A DNA stretch of 64,000 nt from the NCBI RefSeq assembly GCF_001194135.2, contig NC_068987.1, positions 7,643,703-7,707,702 on the forward strand. The letters run 5' to 3'. Positions 24,939 through 37,153 of the stretch are shown piece after piece. Source of the stretch: Octopus bimaculoides (taxonomy: Eukaryota). Both the position numbers and the translations under genes were made by a program. A model generated the notes under the pieces. The model searched no databases and was not told the origin of the DNA. It saw nothing but the letters and a program-made list of their open reading frames with translations. Position 1 is the first letter of the stretch; the number at the start of each line of letters is the position of its first letter.

Positions 24939-25345
24939 ATGATAGCCATCCACTTGTGACCAAGGAAGACCATTGCTGACCTTCAGGAACATTGTGCGCT
25001 CTAGGACTAATATTTTGTATTTGTGGCTCCGTTGGTGACTAATGAGCCCTGCTCTTGACAAGCATACACGACTGCAAACATTTAAAACCAAGCTTTCCCC
25101 ATTCACTATACGATCCATACATCCATCCATACATACATACATACATACGTACGTACATACATACATACATACATACATACATACATACATACGTACATAC
25201 ATACATACATACATACATACATGATGGCTCTAGGACTAATATTTTGTATTTGTGACTCCGTTGGTGGCTAATGAGCCCTGCTCTTGACAAGCATACACGA
25301 CTGCAAATATTTAAAACCAAGCTTTCCCCATTCACTATACGAGCC
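24939..25345 (-). mobile_element. Two tandem 5'-truncated RTE-type LINE 3' ends with (ATGT)n tracts
   Basis: Both encode the C2H2-like C-terminal motif ...CSRVCLSRAGLISHQRSHK; units at 24939-25116 and 25221-25345. Confidence 0.7.
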
Positions 25346-25596
25346 ATACATACATACATACATACATACATACATACATACATACATACATACATACGTA
25401 CGTACGTACATAGGCACAGCGTGGCTGTGTGATAAGAAACTTGCTTCCCAGCCATGTGGTTCTGGGTTCAGTCCCACTGCATGGCACCCTGAGCAAGTGT
25501 CTTTTCTACTATAGCCTCGGACCGACCAAAACCTTGTGAGTGGACGGACACTGAAAGAAGTTCGTTGTATGTGTGTGTGTGTGTGTGTTATATATA

Positions 25597-25664
<68 letters not shown>

Positions 25665-26547
25665 AAAGGATAGACTGATAGATACAACTGAGTGGGCAAA
25701 GAAAAATATGAGACACTGCCTAGTGCTTTTTATAAATTTTGATGAGCCTGGTACTTATTCTATCAGTTTCTTCTTGTCAAACCAGTAAGTTATGGGGATG
25801 TAAATAAACGAACACCAGTTGTGAAGCAGTGATGAGGGAGAAACACAGAGAGAAAGACACACACATACACTTACATATATACACACAGATATATATATAT
25901 ACGATTGATTTCTTTCAGTTTCTGTCTACAAAATCCACTCACAAGGCTTTGGTTGGTCTGAGGCTATAGCAGGAGACACATGCCAAGTCACCACACAGTG
26001 GTACTGAACCCAGGACCATGTGTTTTGGAACCTATTTTCTTACCACACAGCCACACCTGCACCTATGTATGTATGTGTGTGTATGAGTGTATATATGTAT
26101 GCATGTATATATGTGTGTACATTTTACATGTACATCTATATATATTTACATCTACACAGCTATACATATACAGCTATACATATACATGTATATATATATA
26201 CATCTATATATATATACATGTATATATANNNNNNNNNNNNNNNNNNNNNNNNNNNNNNNNNNNNNNNNNNNNNNNNNNNNNNNNNNNNNNNNNNNNNNNN
26301 NNNNNNNNNNNNNNNNNNNNNNNNNNNNNNNNNNNNNNNNNNNNNNNNNNNNNNNNNNNNNNNNNNNNNNNNNNNNNNNNNNNNNNNNNNNNNNNNNNNN
26401 NNNNNNNNNNNNNNNNNNNNNNNNNNNNNNNNNNNNNNNNNNNNNNNNNNNNNNNNNNNNNNNNNNNNNNNNNNNNNNNNNNNNNNNNNNNNNNNNNNNN
26501 NNNNNNNNNNNNNNNNNNNNNNNNNNNNNNNNNNNNNNNNNNNNNNN

Positions 26548-26582
26548 TACAAAGACAGTTCTTGTCTCCTCTTCTCATCAGA
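26548..26582 (+). CDS. Candidate 3' part of an internal C6orf89-like exon emerging from a gap
   Basis: YKDSSCLLFSS followed by GA|GTATGT donor; phase 2 is compatible with the exon at 29498. The 5' part would be hidden in gap 26229-26547. Confidence 0.35.
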
Positions 26583-27246
26583 GTATGTAGACATTTTTTT
26601 TTTGTTATTTTGCTATTATTTTTAAATATTTTATTTGTCTTGTTCATATTTTGTTTTTGTTTATTATCTTAAAAGAAAACTCTCTTGTGAAAACTGTTTT
26701 TGTCGGTGTATAAGACACACTTATTTCTAAATGTATCCAAAAAGTTATATGCATATGTGCAGCACCGTTTGTGTGGCAGGTTTTCTACAGCTGGATGCTC
26801 TTTCTGATGCCAACCCTTAGCTGTTTTCAAGTGAGACAATCCTTTCCTTCCTCTCTATTAAAGAAGGCACTAACACTTTCACGCACACACACATATACAC
26901 ACAATGGCAAACTCTGCCTACCAAAATCAATCAGAAGGCTTCAGTTGGCCTGAGGTTGTACCAGAAGACACTTGCCCAAGCTACCACACAGTGGAACTGA
27001 ACCCAAACCCATGTGGTTGAGAAGCAAGCTTCCTAACAACACAGCCGTACGATAATTCCCTTGTGCCTAATCTGGCAGCATTACAGAGAGGAGATGAGTG
27101 TCATAGGCTAAGAATGTGGATGCGGACAAGTCGACTTGGTCTGATTATTGTTTACTATTAATAAAATATGAGAAACAAGTCAAAGAATTTATGTCTTTTA
27201 ACACAAATGTATGAAAAGTTGCTTATTGTACCTCAACAGTCATGTG

Positions 27247-27340
27247 GATATGTCACATGGTATGATATGTCACATGGTATGATATGTCACATGGTATGAT
27301 ATGTCACATGGTCTGATACGTCATATGGTCTAATATGTCA
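27247..27340. repeat. 17-bp minisatellite GATATGTCACATGGTAT, about 5.5 copies
   Basis: Direct reading; later units are degenerate. Confidence 0.95.
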
Positions 27341-28456
27341 ATATAGGTGCAGGAGTGGCTGTGAGAACTACATTAAAGGTACACATGTCTGTGGAGTGCT
27401 CAGCCACTTTCACATTAATTTCTTGAGGAGGCTGTTCCGTTGATCGTATCAGCTGGGACCCTCGTTTTTACAGCCAATGGAGTGCCAGTTTGTTATTATT
27501 TGCATTATGATTCTCCTTAGACACAACAAAATTTGTTTCAATGCATGAATCCACATCAAGAATCCTGCAAAGAAAATACAAAAACAAAGTAGAACCGTGT
27601 GAAAGTTATTTGACTAAATAATCCATTATTTTCAACATTAATTGTAACAAAGGCGGAGCATTTCATCAGAAATACGATAACAAAAGAGTTAAACAGCAAA
27701 ATCACCTCCTGGACAGGACACCAATCTATCTTGGGCAACATTTCTAGATAACGCTATATCTAATTCTAGACTGCTCAGTGAACTGATGTCTGTTATGGAA
27801 TTAAATCTATTGGTAAAATGAACAACAGATCAATGCCGATGCCTTTGGCTACAACCAAATTGATAGAAATTACATGATAGATATAAACAACACTATACAT
27901 GACAGAGTGCTGTTGTTATTAATTTTGATGTTGGAACCGGTTGATTCGCTGTAACATCTTTAAATATGGCATCTATGATACTAAGAGCTATGATTAAGAG
28001 AAGGATAAAGAACATAACAGTGGTGGTGGTGGTGGTGGTGGTGGTGCTGTGCTTCTTGGAAATTATATAAAGGCAAGACATGAATTCTCTATGACTGAAT
28101 CTCCTCGTATTACAAGATTCCCTGTTTGAGGATTTACTTTCAGTTGCCATGTGATCAACAGATTATTAAATCACAGAAAAAGTTCCTTCTAACTTGTACA
28201 TAAACACACACACACACACACACACATACAAAAAGCGAAAAATGTTTTATTGATGAATTTATGCTTTTGTTATATACATTTTGCAGTCATGGCTGTGTGA
28301 TTAAGAAGTTCACTTTGCAACCACATAGCTTTGGGTTCAATCCCACAGTATGGCACCTTCTACTATAGCGTCAGGTAGACCAATGCCTTGTGAACGGATT
28401 TGGTAGATGGAAAGTGAAAAAAGCCCAAACATACATACATACATATATATATATAT

Positions 28457-28747
28457 TGTGATGAAAGTTACAAGGCCCCCTGATGAGAGATAGACTGGTC
28501 TGAGTAAAGTAGAAATAGTAATGATCCAAATGAGTTCAAAGTTCAGAGTTCGGAGTCAAGTGAAGTTCGTGTCAGTTTGCAGTGAAGTCAGAAGGTGTTG
28601 GTTGTGTGTTGGAAATATTGATTGTTAGTTCATAAAAGATTGTTGGTTCGTTACGTGTTTGTTACTGCTGTTGTTTCTATTTTGTATTGTTATAACCTTG
28701 TTACAGTGTATTCATTATCTATCCTCAACAACATCAACCGTACAACA
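28457..28747 (+). mobile_element. Possible solo LTR
   Basis: TGT...ACAACA termini; flanks ATAT / GTAT (3/4 match). No internal domain or PBS seen. Confidence 0.3.
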
Positions 28748-28765
28748 GTATTGGAGGCCTAGGGA

Positions 28766-28980
28766 TATATCAGAGTTGCACCATCTGAAGTTGTTACCTG
28801 TTCTGATTCATGGCCCACTTCCTGCGCTTATGATGTTTCATCAACCAAGAGGAGGTGGAAGCTTCAGTGAAAGAGTTCTTCACCTCGAAGAACAAGAACT
28901 AGTATGAGCATGGGATCAAAGAACTGGCAGAAAGGCGGCATCAGATGGTGCAACACTATGGCCTCTACTTTGAACATTAG
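28766..28980 (+). pseudogene. mariner transposase C-terminal remnant
   Basis: FMAHFLRL*CFINQEEVEASVKEFFTSKNKN*YEHGIKELAERRHQMVQHYGLYFEH*, matching the typical mariner C-terminus (...GIxKLxERWxxxVxxxGxYFE*). Confidence 0.85.
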
Positions 28981-29497
28981 GCTGCTTTTGTTGTGGTTGG
29001 CACTCCGTCGCTTACGATGACGAGGGTTCCAGTTGATCCGATCAATGGAACAGCCTGCTCGTGAAATTAATGTGCAAGTGGCTGAGCACTCCACAGACAC
29101 GTGTACCCCTTAAAGTAGTTCTCGGGGAGATTCAGCGTGACACAGAGTATGACAAGGCTGGCCCCCTTGAAATACAGGTAGAAAAGAAACAGGAAGAAAG
29201 AGAGAAAGTTGTGGTGGAAGAGTACAGCAGGGTTCACCACCATCCCCTGCTGGAGCCTCGTGGAGCTTTAGGTGTTTTCACTCAATAAACACTCACAACG
29301 CCCGGTCTGAGAATTGAAACTACAATCCTACAATCACGAGTCCACTGCCCTAACCACTGGGCCATTGTGCCTCCTTTTGTTGTAAGTTGATGAATAAAGC
29401 AACTAAGATACCAAAATCTTGCAAAACTTTTGACTCAACACAATAATATATCTGTTCATCTTTTATTCCATCAAATATGGTAAATCTAACTCCGTAG

Positions 29498-29707
29498 TAT
29501 GAAGCAACTTGTACGACCATTTCAGAATGCCGGTTCCAAAATGTGTTTTGATGATATCCAACAGTTTGTCTCTCATGAGATCTCTCACTCTAAACAGAAC
29601 ACATCATCTTTACATCTCTCTGTGGCTGTCTTAGAAGAATTATCCAAAGTGTTTAATCCTGACATTAAACACCTCTTAACAGACAATGCTAAGTCACAAC
29701 ATAAATG
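29498..29707 (+). CDS. C6orf89: C6orf89-like internal exon
   Basis: TCCGTAG acceptor; MKQLVRPFQNAGSKMCFDDIQQF...SQHK(W); GTAAGT donor; phase 2 to phase 2. Confidence 0.75.
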
Positions 29708-30743
29708 GTAAGTATAATATCATGCAAGAATTTGTCTCTCTCTTTTTCTTTTTTTCCCCTCTCTTCTCTCTTTCAATCTGTTGAATGTTAAGAATATCTT
29801 GGACAAAACATAAAACTAGTGAAGAAGTACTATAATTAATAAATACGAAAAAATCATTATTCCAATGAGACCAAGCTAAATTACCTTGGTCTCATAGTAA
29901 GAGCTTAAGGAAACAAGATAAATGGCAAATGTTCAAGGGAAAGATCTAAAACAAGGGTTGCCAAAGGGGGTTCGAAGGACCCCATAGGGGTCAGCGAGGA
30001 ATTACAGGGGGGGGGGGGTTGATCGATGATAGCCATGGGATCAAATGGGGGTCAGCGTGCGAAAGACCAGCTCACTCAGATGAACTGCTTGAAATATTTA
30101 GTCAGCGCCATGTTCATCCCTCACATTGATGTTGTTAATTTTAACAAAAGATATTCCAATAATATGATGTGCTTTTCACGTTTTCTAACCGTGAAAACAA
30201 TTTCATAAAAATTGAAAGTTTAATACTGTATACTCGAACACGTAGTTTTAAATGTAAAAAGTGTGTCATCTTCAATAGAATTTCTTAATTTGTTGTACAT
30301 GTGTATTTTAGTTAACGTTTAAATTGCCAGCATCAGAACCCGGTACACATTTAAGATATAGTATGATAGGGTAGGGTACTAAGATATTTTAAATGAGGAG
30401 GGTGGTTGATGCAGAAGGAAAAGTAGCTAAAGGTGGTCGATGGTCGAAAAAGTTGTCTTGATGACGATGATGACGATGATGATGATGATGATTTTCTCTG
30501 AACTATGGCGGTGAGTTAGCAGAATCATTAGAAGACCACGCAAAATGTTTGGTGGCATTTCATCCGTTCTTTACAAAGAATAAGGCTTACAAGGAATAAG
30601 TCCTAGGGTTGATTTCTTTGACTAAAGCTCTTTAAGACAGTACTCCAGCATGGCCACAGTCAAATGACTGAAACGAGTAAAGAAAAAAATAAAAGAATAA
30701 AATTATAATAAAAACATCTAAATTCGTTTCTCTTTTTCTAAAG

Positions 30744-30879
30744 GGCCTCTAGAGATTACAGAAGTGGCCATGTACTGCGTAAATTATTTCCATGGACAAA
30801 TTCTTTATTGAAGAACATAGAAATTGGCGTTGAAAAATTATTGGTCATCGATGGAGTGACACGACCATGGTACAAAATG
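30744..30879 (+). CDS. C6orf89: C6orf89-like internal exon
   Basis: Polypyrimidine-AAG acceptor; (W)ASRDYRSGHVLRKLFPWTNSLL...WYKM, compare human WRRPLNRSQMLRELFP; GTAAGC donor; phase 2 to phase 0. Confidence 0.8.
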
Positions 30880-31378
30880 GTAAGCAACATGATTCTAATG
30901 ACATTTCTTATTTTATGTTTTATAGAAGAAGCACAATGGCTATGAATTTTATACATAAGAACGGTGCTGGAACAGTAACTACTTGGTCATGAATTCAAAA
31001 TTTGGTAAAGCCTTTATATAGTACTCTTATGTAGTACTACTAAAAACATAGAAAGAATATATGGTATTTTATGCTTAATAAGATATACACGTGTTACAGT
31101 GAATAACTGCCAGGATTACACAATTGCTTGTTGAAATATTATGCAATCTTATTAATTCACCTCTTCAGTGTTACGTAAAAGATACAAGGAGTGGTGTAAA
31201 ATATTGGTGGTGATGACGATGATGATGATGATTCTGTGGCACTTTCTTCAATCATTACATTCTGCTCTTGTAATTCTACATCTCAGAAATAGAAAATATT
31301 TCAAAAATTCTTTGTTTTTTTTTTTTGTCTAAAGAAATATTTCCTCTAATCTTACAATTTTTTTTTTTATTTCTTCAG

Positions 31379-31520
31379 GACATTCTGGAAATCTTTGATT
31401 TAGGACCAATAATGTACCTGCAGAGCTGTAGTGAAAAGGAAGTGAAATTCTATCCAATTAACAGCTGTTCAAATCGATGTTCTCCTCTTCCATCAATCAA
31501 ACTTCAAGCATCAGATATTG
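31379..31520 (+). CDS. C6orf89: C6orf89-like penultimate exon
   Basis: TTCTTCAG acceptor; DILEIFDLGPIMYLQSCSEKEVKFYPINSCSNRCSPLPSIKLQASDI, compare human PPFQCRRHCQSVAMPIEPGDI; GTAAAA donor; phase 0 to phase 1. Confidence 0.75.
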
Positions 31521-31736
31521 GTAAAAATGGATGTTTATCTTTAACATCAAAGCTAAAACTAATCTGAATGTATATAACACTTTTTCAGGTTATGGGACGT
31601 TTTGGCACAGCCCTCTTGGCCCCGACTTTTTGGCATCACTGATTCAATGCTGACTTATTTGACCGACCTTTTAATGTTTCCCGTGTTCTTTCTCTCCCAC
31701 CTCTCTCTTTGTATATATATATAATTTCTCTTTCAG

Positions 31737-31828
31737 TAATTTGGCAATCAGCTCTCTGGGAACCTGAATTCCACCCTGTGGCTGGCAGCAAAGAACTGAG
31801 CCTTGCGGTTCTGGCAGCTGCCAACTAA
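31737..31828 (+). CDS. C6orf89: C6orf89-like terminal coding exon (preferred)
   Basis: TTCTCTTTCAG acceptor; (V)IWQSALWEPEFHPVAGSKELSLAVLAAAN*; phase-compatible with the previous exon. Confidence 0.6.
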
Positions 31829-31914
31829 AAAAAGAAAACCAAAACCAAAGGAGGTGACATCATACAATGACATTTTTGGATGACATCATTACATACAGCC
31901 TTCATCTCTTGCAC

Positions 31915-32385
31915 ATTATTTCTTATTTCTTTATTGCCCACAAGGGGCTAAACATAGAGGGGATAAACAAGGACAGACAAAGGGATTAAGGCAATTACAT
32001 CGACCCCAGTGCGTAACTGATACTTAATTTATCGACCCTGAAAGGATGAAAGGCAAAGTCGACCTCGGCAGAATTTGAACTCAGAATGTAATGGTAGATG
32101 AAATACTGCTAAGCATTTCGCCCGGCATGCTAACGTTTCTGCCAGCTCTTGCATATTATTATAAGCATCCTAAGGCGGTGAGCTAGCAGAAACATTAACA
32201 TGTTGGGTGAAATGCTTAGCGGTATTCCATCTGTCTTTACGTTCTGAGTTCAGATTCCGCCGAGGTTGCCTTCGCCTTTCATCCTTTCGGGGTCGATAAA
32301 TTAAGTACCAGTTGCATACTGTGGTCGATCTAATCGACTGGTCCCTTCCCTAAAAATTTCAGGCCTTGTGCCTAGAGTAGAAAAG
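31915..32385. mobile_element. Head-to-head inverted pair of family C SINEs
   Basis: Minus copy at about 31915-32150 and plus copy at about 32172-32385, with a spacer of about 20 bp. Confidence 0.85.
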
Positions 32386-32796
32386 ATTATTGTAAGCATC
32401 CTCTGTAATCCACTGGATTATCTCTAATCCAAATACACAATAAAATATAATGTAACTAATCTGAGTAACTGTTTGTATAGTAAAATGCATTAAAATAATC
32501 CTTTCTACTATAAGCAAAAGGCCTGAAAATTTGGAGAAGGGATCCAGTCAATTACATCGATCCCAGTGTTTCACTCGTACTTAATTTATCGACACTGAAA
32601 GGATAAAAGGTAAAGCTGACCCTGGCGGAATTTGAACTCAGAAAGTAGCAACAGGCAAAATACCGCTAAGCATTTCGTCCAGTGCACTAACGATTCTGCC
32701 AGCTGCTGCTTTATAATGCATTAAAATAATGATAATGAAAATGTTTGTGTGAATTTTATTTGTTGAGCAAGTATGTGTGTGGGGGGAAGGGTACCT

Positions 32797-32842
<46 letters not shown>

Positions 32843-33012
32843 CCCATGCTAGCATGGAAAGCGGACGTTAAACGATGATGATGATGATGATATATACTAT
32901 CGCAGGATGTTGTGCCTCACAGAGGAAATAACAATGAACCGAGATGTCTGGTGATATGAGGCTCTTGAGAAGACCTGTACACGTCAGCGAAATTGAGTTC
33001 TAGAAGTGCTGC

Positions 33013-33660
33013 GTGTCCCACCCACACATAACTAGAAAACTTCTCACACCCTACCACAACGAACCAAACTACATCCCTTCTCTTCCTCGCATTTCCACTT
33101 TATGCACTATGCTTACCTCCCTCCCACTCCCCAATCCTGTCCTTACGGTAACATTGCTCTCTGCTAGCCCCCACCTCCAACCTGTGTGTTCCACCCACAT
33201 GCTCTGTCTCATGGTATCATTGCTATCTGTTAGCCCCTGACCTGTGTGTTCCACCCACATGCTCTGTCTCACGGTATCATTGCTATCTGTTAGCCCCTGA
33301 CCTGTGTGTTCCACCCACACATAACAAGAAAACTTTTCACCCACCCTCCCCCAAGAAACCAATCTACATCTCTACATCTCTTCTCTTCCTCACATTTCCT
33401 CCTTCATACATTGCTCTCCGCTAACCCCTGATCTGTGTGCTCCACCTACATGCCCTGTCTCACTGCAATCTGTTAGCCCCTGAACCATGTGCTCCACCCA
33501 CACGTAACAAGAAAACTTTTCCCTCACCCTACCCCAATAAACCAATCCACATCTCTTCTCTTCCTCACATTTCCTCCTTCATACACCACGCCTACCTCTC
33601 ACTCCCCAATCCTGCCCTCACGGCCCTGTTTCTCTGTATCATTGCTATCCAGTAGCCACC
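33013..33660. repeat. Nested tandem repeat (60-bp units inside three larger diverged units)
   Basis: 33181-33240 and 33241-33300 differ at 1 of 60 positions; the CCACCCACAC(A/G)TAAC..GAAAACTT motif recurs near 33016, 33311 and 33494. Confidence 0.85.
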
Positions 33661-34646
33661 CCCACCCCACCACCATTCTATATACCCAGGTTTTCACCAC
33701 TCACTTCCTCTCCCCACTCTCTAATCACATTTCTTTGGCAATATCCTGCCACTTATATTATGACCTTCAGCCCTCAAGGGTATGCCCTGACACTTGCCAC
33801 CATCTATATCTCACTCTTCCTTTACTCAACCATCCCATTTATGTTCTGATCCCTGGTCCCTTGTGAGTATGTCTGGCACTTTGCTACCATCTCTATCCTG
33901 CTGTCTCCCACTCTCTCTCCTCCTGCACTTTGCAGGGGCACACTTGTTTCTGTCCTCGTTCCTGATCGCTCTCTCTCTCTCTCTCTCTCTTCTTTTTTGG
34001 TGGTGATGGTNNNNNNNNNNNNNNNNNNNNNNNNNNNNNNNNNNNNNNNNNNNNNNNNNNNNNNNNNNNNNNNNNNNNNNNNNNNNNNNNNNNNNNNNNN
34101 NNNNNNNNNNNNNNNNNNNNNNNNNNNNNNNNNNNNNNNNNNNNNNNNNNNNNNNNNNNNNNNNNNNNNNNNNNNNNNNNNNNNNNNNNNNNNNNNNNNN
34201 NNNNNNNNNNNNNNNNNNNNNNNNNNNNNNNNNNNNNNNNNNNNNNNNNNNNNNNNNNNNNNNNNNNNNNNNNNNNNNNNNNNNNNNNNNNNNNNNNNNN
34301 NNNNNNNNNNNNNNNNNNNNNNNNNNAATATTTCTAATGGGTTATAGCCAAGACTTGTCAATATTTATCACCTGGCAAGTCACAAAAGCACTTACAGAAC
34401 TAACAGTTTTCTACAATATATCTTAGGCATCTGCAACACACACACACACACATAAAAAAACAAGCTGGACAGTCGTGGACACATCTTAATGACTTTATAA
34501 CTGCCATCAACATCCAAGCTTATCGGCAGTAACCAAGGGACTTAGACTTATGCAAAAAAACTAGAACACACTTATAAACCATGGTAATTTGCATATTGTC
34601 TTATTTTAGGATGGTCATTTTTTTTGCAAATAAATACGAGCTCATC

Positions 34647-34693
<47 letters not shown>

Positions 34694-34888
34694 AATGAGC
34701 CAGATAAAGCTCATTTAAATACTAATGGGTTAATGCAATTAATTTTATTGATCCTTTTTCAAGTTTATAATTTGGCATGTTTTAATCACCTTTTATCCAT
34801 CTGCCGGTGTCTTTGTTTTTATTTTTTGATTTTTATTTCATTTATTTATTTATTATTATTAATTTTTGTTTTTTTTGTTTTTTTGAGA

Positions 34889-35009
34889 TTATCTCCAAGT
34901 TGTTGTAGTCTGTTTTCGTTGGTTGCTGAGACGAACCATTGGTATGTTGTTACTATAACGATTCTTGTCTTGGTGGACCGTTTCATTGGCAGCAATTTCT
35001 TCATCATAG
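34889..35009 (-). CDS. TTLL1: Tubulin polyglutamylase TTLL1, coding exon 14 (stop)
   Basis: (L)YDEEIAANETVHQDKNRY...TTTTWR*; TTCTTAG acceptor; compare human LYDEELAQ...LTTWK. Confidence 0.9.
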
Positions 35010-35074
35010 CTAAGAAAGATTTGAAAGAATGAAAAAGAAAAAAGAAAAAAAAAAATCAAAACTAAAATGAAGGC

Positions 35075-35126
<52 letters not shown>

Positions 35127-36146
35127 NNNNNNNNNNNNNNNNNNNNNNNNNNNNNNNNNNNNNNNNNNNNNNNNNNNNNNNNNNNNNNNNNNNNNNNNNN
35201 NNNNNNNNNNNNNNNNNNNNNNNNNNNNNNNNNNNNNNNNNNNNNNNNNNNNNNNNNNNNNNNNNNNNNNNNNNNNNNNNNNNNNNNNNNNNNNNNNNNN
35301 NNNNNNNNNNNNNNNNNNNNNNNNNNNNNNNNNNNNNNNNNNNNNNNNNNNNNNNNNNNNNNNNNNNNNNNNNNNNNNNNNNNNNNNNNATAATAAAAAT
35401 AATAATAATAAAATGAAGGCTGTCAGTGTTGGTAAACTGAAGTCAAACAAAAAAGAAAAAAGGAGTAAAAAAACAATCTTTAAACCTTGTCCCTTTATTT
35501 CAAACCCTTTAAGTTTATAAACTTTTTAAGATACGAAACTATTTAAGCTGGGTAGTTATTGTCATCTATTTTTTTACTTGTTTCAGTCATTAGATTGTGG
35601 CCATGCTGGGGCACCACTTTGAAGGGTTTTAGTCGAACGAATTAACTCAAGTACTTTTTTTTTTTTAAATCTGTTACTTATTCTATCAGCCTCTTTTGCT
35701 GAACCGCTGAGTTACAGGGATGTTAACAAACCAACACTAGTTGTTAAGCAGTGGTGGGGGACAAACACACACATGATAGGCTTCTTTAGTTTCTGTCTAC
35801 CAAATCCACCCACAAGCCTTTGATTGGCCCGAGGCTATAGTAGAATACACTTGCCCAAGGTGCCACACAATGGGACTGAACCTGGAACCATGAAATCAGA
35901 AAGCTAACTTCTTACCACACAGCCATTCCTGTGCCTATTGGTTTGGTGATAATATTTCTTATGAGTATATTATGTTAAATGATACAATATCTATTGGAAG
36001 CAGACAAAAATCATCATAGCAGTAGCTGGTGAGGCTGCTAGGTGCATTTCTGTCTCATTGAACGTTGTCAGTAACATGTAAAAGCAAATATAAAAAAAAA
36101 ACAATGCAAATTAGAAAAAAAAATATTTTAAATTTATAAAACATAC

Positions 36147-36200
36147 AGGAGTTCAAAGTTGCCTAGGGCCTCCTTAGCTGGTGTCCTATTCCATCTCACA
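36147..36200 (-). CDS. TTLL1: TTLL1 coding exon 13
   Basis: (D)VRWNRTPAKEALGNFEL(L); CAG acceptor, GTATGT donor. Confidence 0.92.
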
Positions 36201-36362
36201 CTGAAGATGAAAAGAAATAAATTGGTGTTAGATTATGAAAATGTAGATGCTTCAAGAAGACGTCAAACAAGTTACTTTAAGGGCCAGTCTCAAAGTGGAT
36301 ACAGCTATAAATAATAACATATGAAACAGGGTTTTTCCCCCTAAAATTTGTCAATATCAAAC

Positions 36363-36635
36363 GCAATTTCACCAATGTCAACCTCAATTTCACCATGACT
36401 GGCTTACAGCTTATGTTGTCAAGATTGAATCTTACTGAATAAAAATAAATGAAATGCCAACCTCAATTTTGCGAATGTCAACTTCAATTTCACCAATGGC
36501 AACCTCAATTTCTCCAATGTCAACCTCAATTTCACCAGTCAACCTCAATTTCTCCAATGTCAACCTCAATTTCACCAATGTCAACCTCAAGTTCACCAAT
36601 GTCAACTCCAGTCTCACTAATGTCAACCTCAATTT
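36363..36635 (-). repeat. 21-bp minisatellite (CAATTTCACCAATGTCAACCT on the + strand)
   Basis: About 10 units, interrupted by a 62-bp unique insert at 36392-36453. Confidence 0.9.
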
Positions 36636-37009
36636 CACTCTCTTCTGTTTCAATTACATTACAGTTGATCCCAATTTTGTCATTGTCAACTATAATTCCA
36701 TTACTGTTTACTTAAATGATGTCACCATAAGAGAGAAAGATTTTATTTTTATAAACAGACATTAATATCAATAATTACAAGTTGCAGAATTGTAATAGAA
36801 TGTAAAACATTAACAATTTATGGGTAGCATCACAAATTTTGTATAAAATAGCCACCTCCACTTGAAAGCTCACTCTTAAAGTGACTTACAATAAACACCG
36901 TTAGAGTTTAAGCATGACTGATTATATGTTTTTCTAATCTACGATAAGTTACAAAGGGTTAATGTAATCTGATGCTTTAAACTCTAATTGTAATAAGATT
37001 AACTACTTA

Positions 37010-37153
<144 letters not shown>

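Noticed and set aside
27247-27340. Regular repeats as a CRISPR-like array (also the 21-bp and 60-bp arrays)
   Set aside because: Head-to-tail tandem units without unique spacers, in eukaryotic intronic DNA.
27521-27900. Possible further C6orf89-like exon(s)
   Set aside because: A good acceptor exists at 27520, but all frames close quickly and only weak donors give a compatible phase; unresolved without RNA data.
28480-28530. CTGATGA...GAAA as a third hammerhead or a C/D-box snoRNA
   Set aside because: Stem II cannot close next to the core, and the C-to-D box spacing is too short.
31636-31824. Minus-strand ORF as a TTLL1 extension
   Set aside because: TTLL1 already ends at 34889 with the conserved TW(K/R)* terminus; this ORF is the antisense of the C6orf89-like last exon.
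34395-34430. Minus-strand CAG...GTAAGT 35-nt exon-like segment
   Set aside because: It lies downstream of the TTLL1 stop and has no homology; it could be a chance match.
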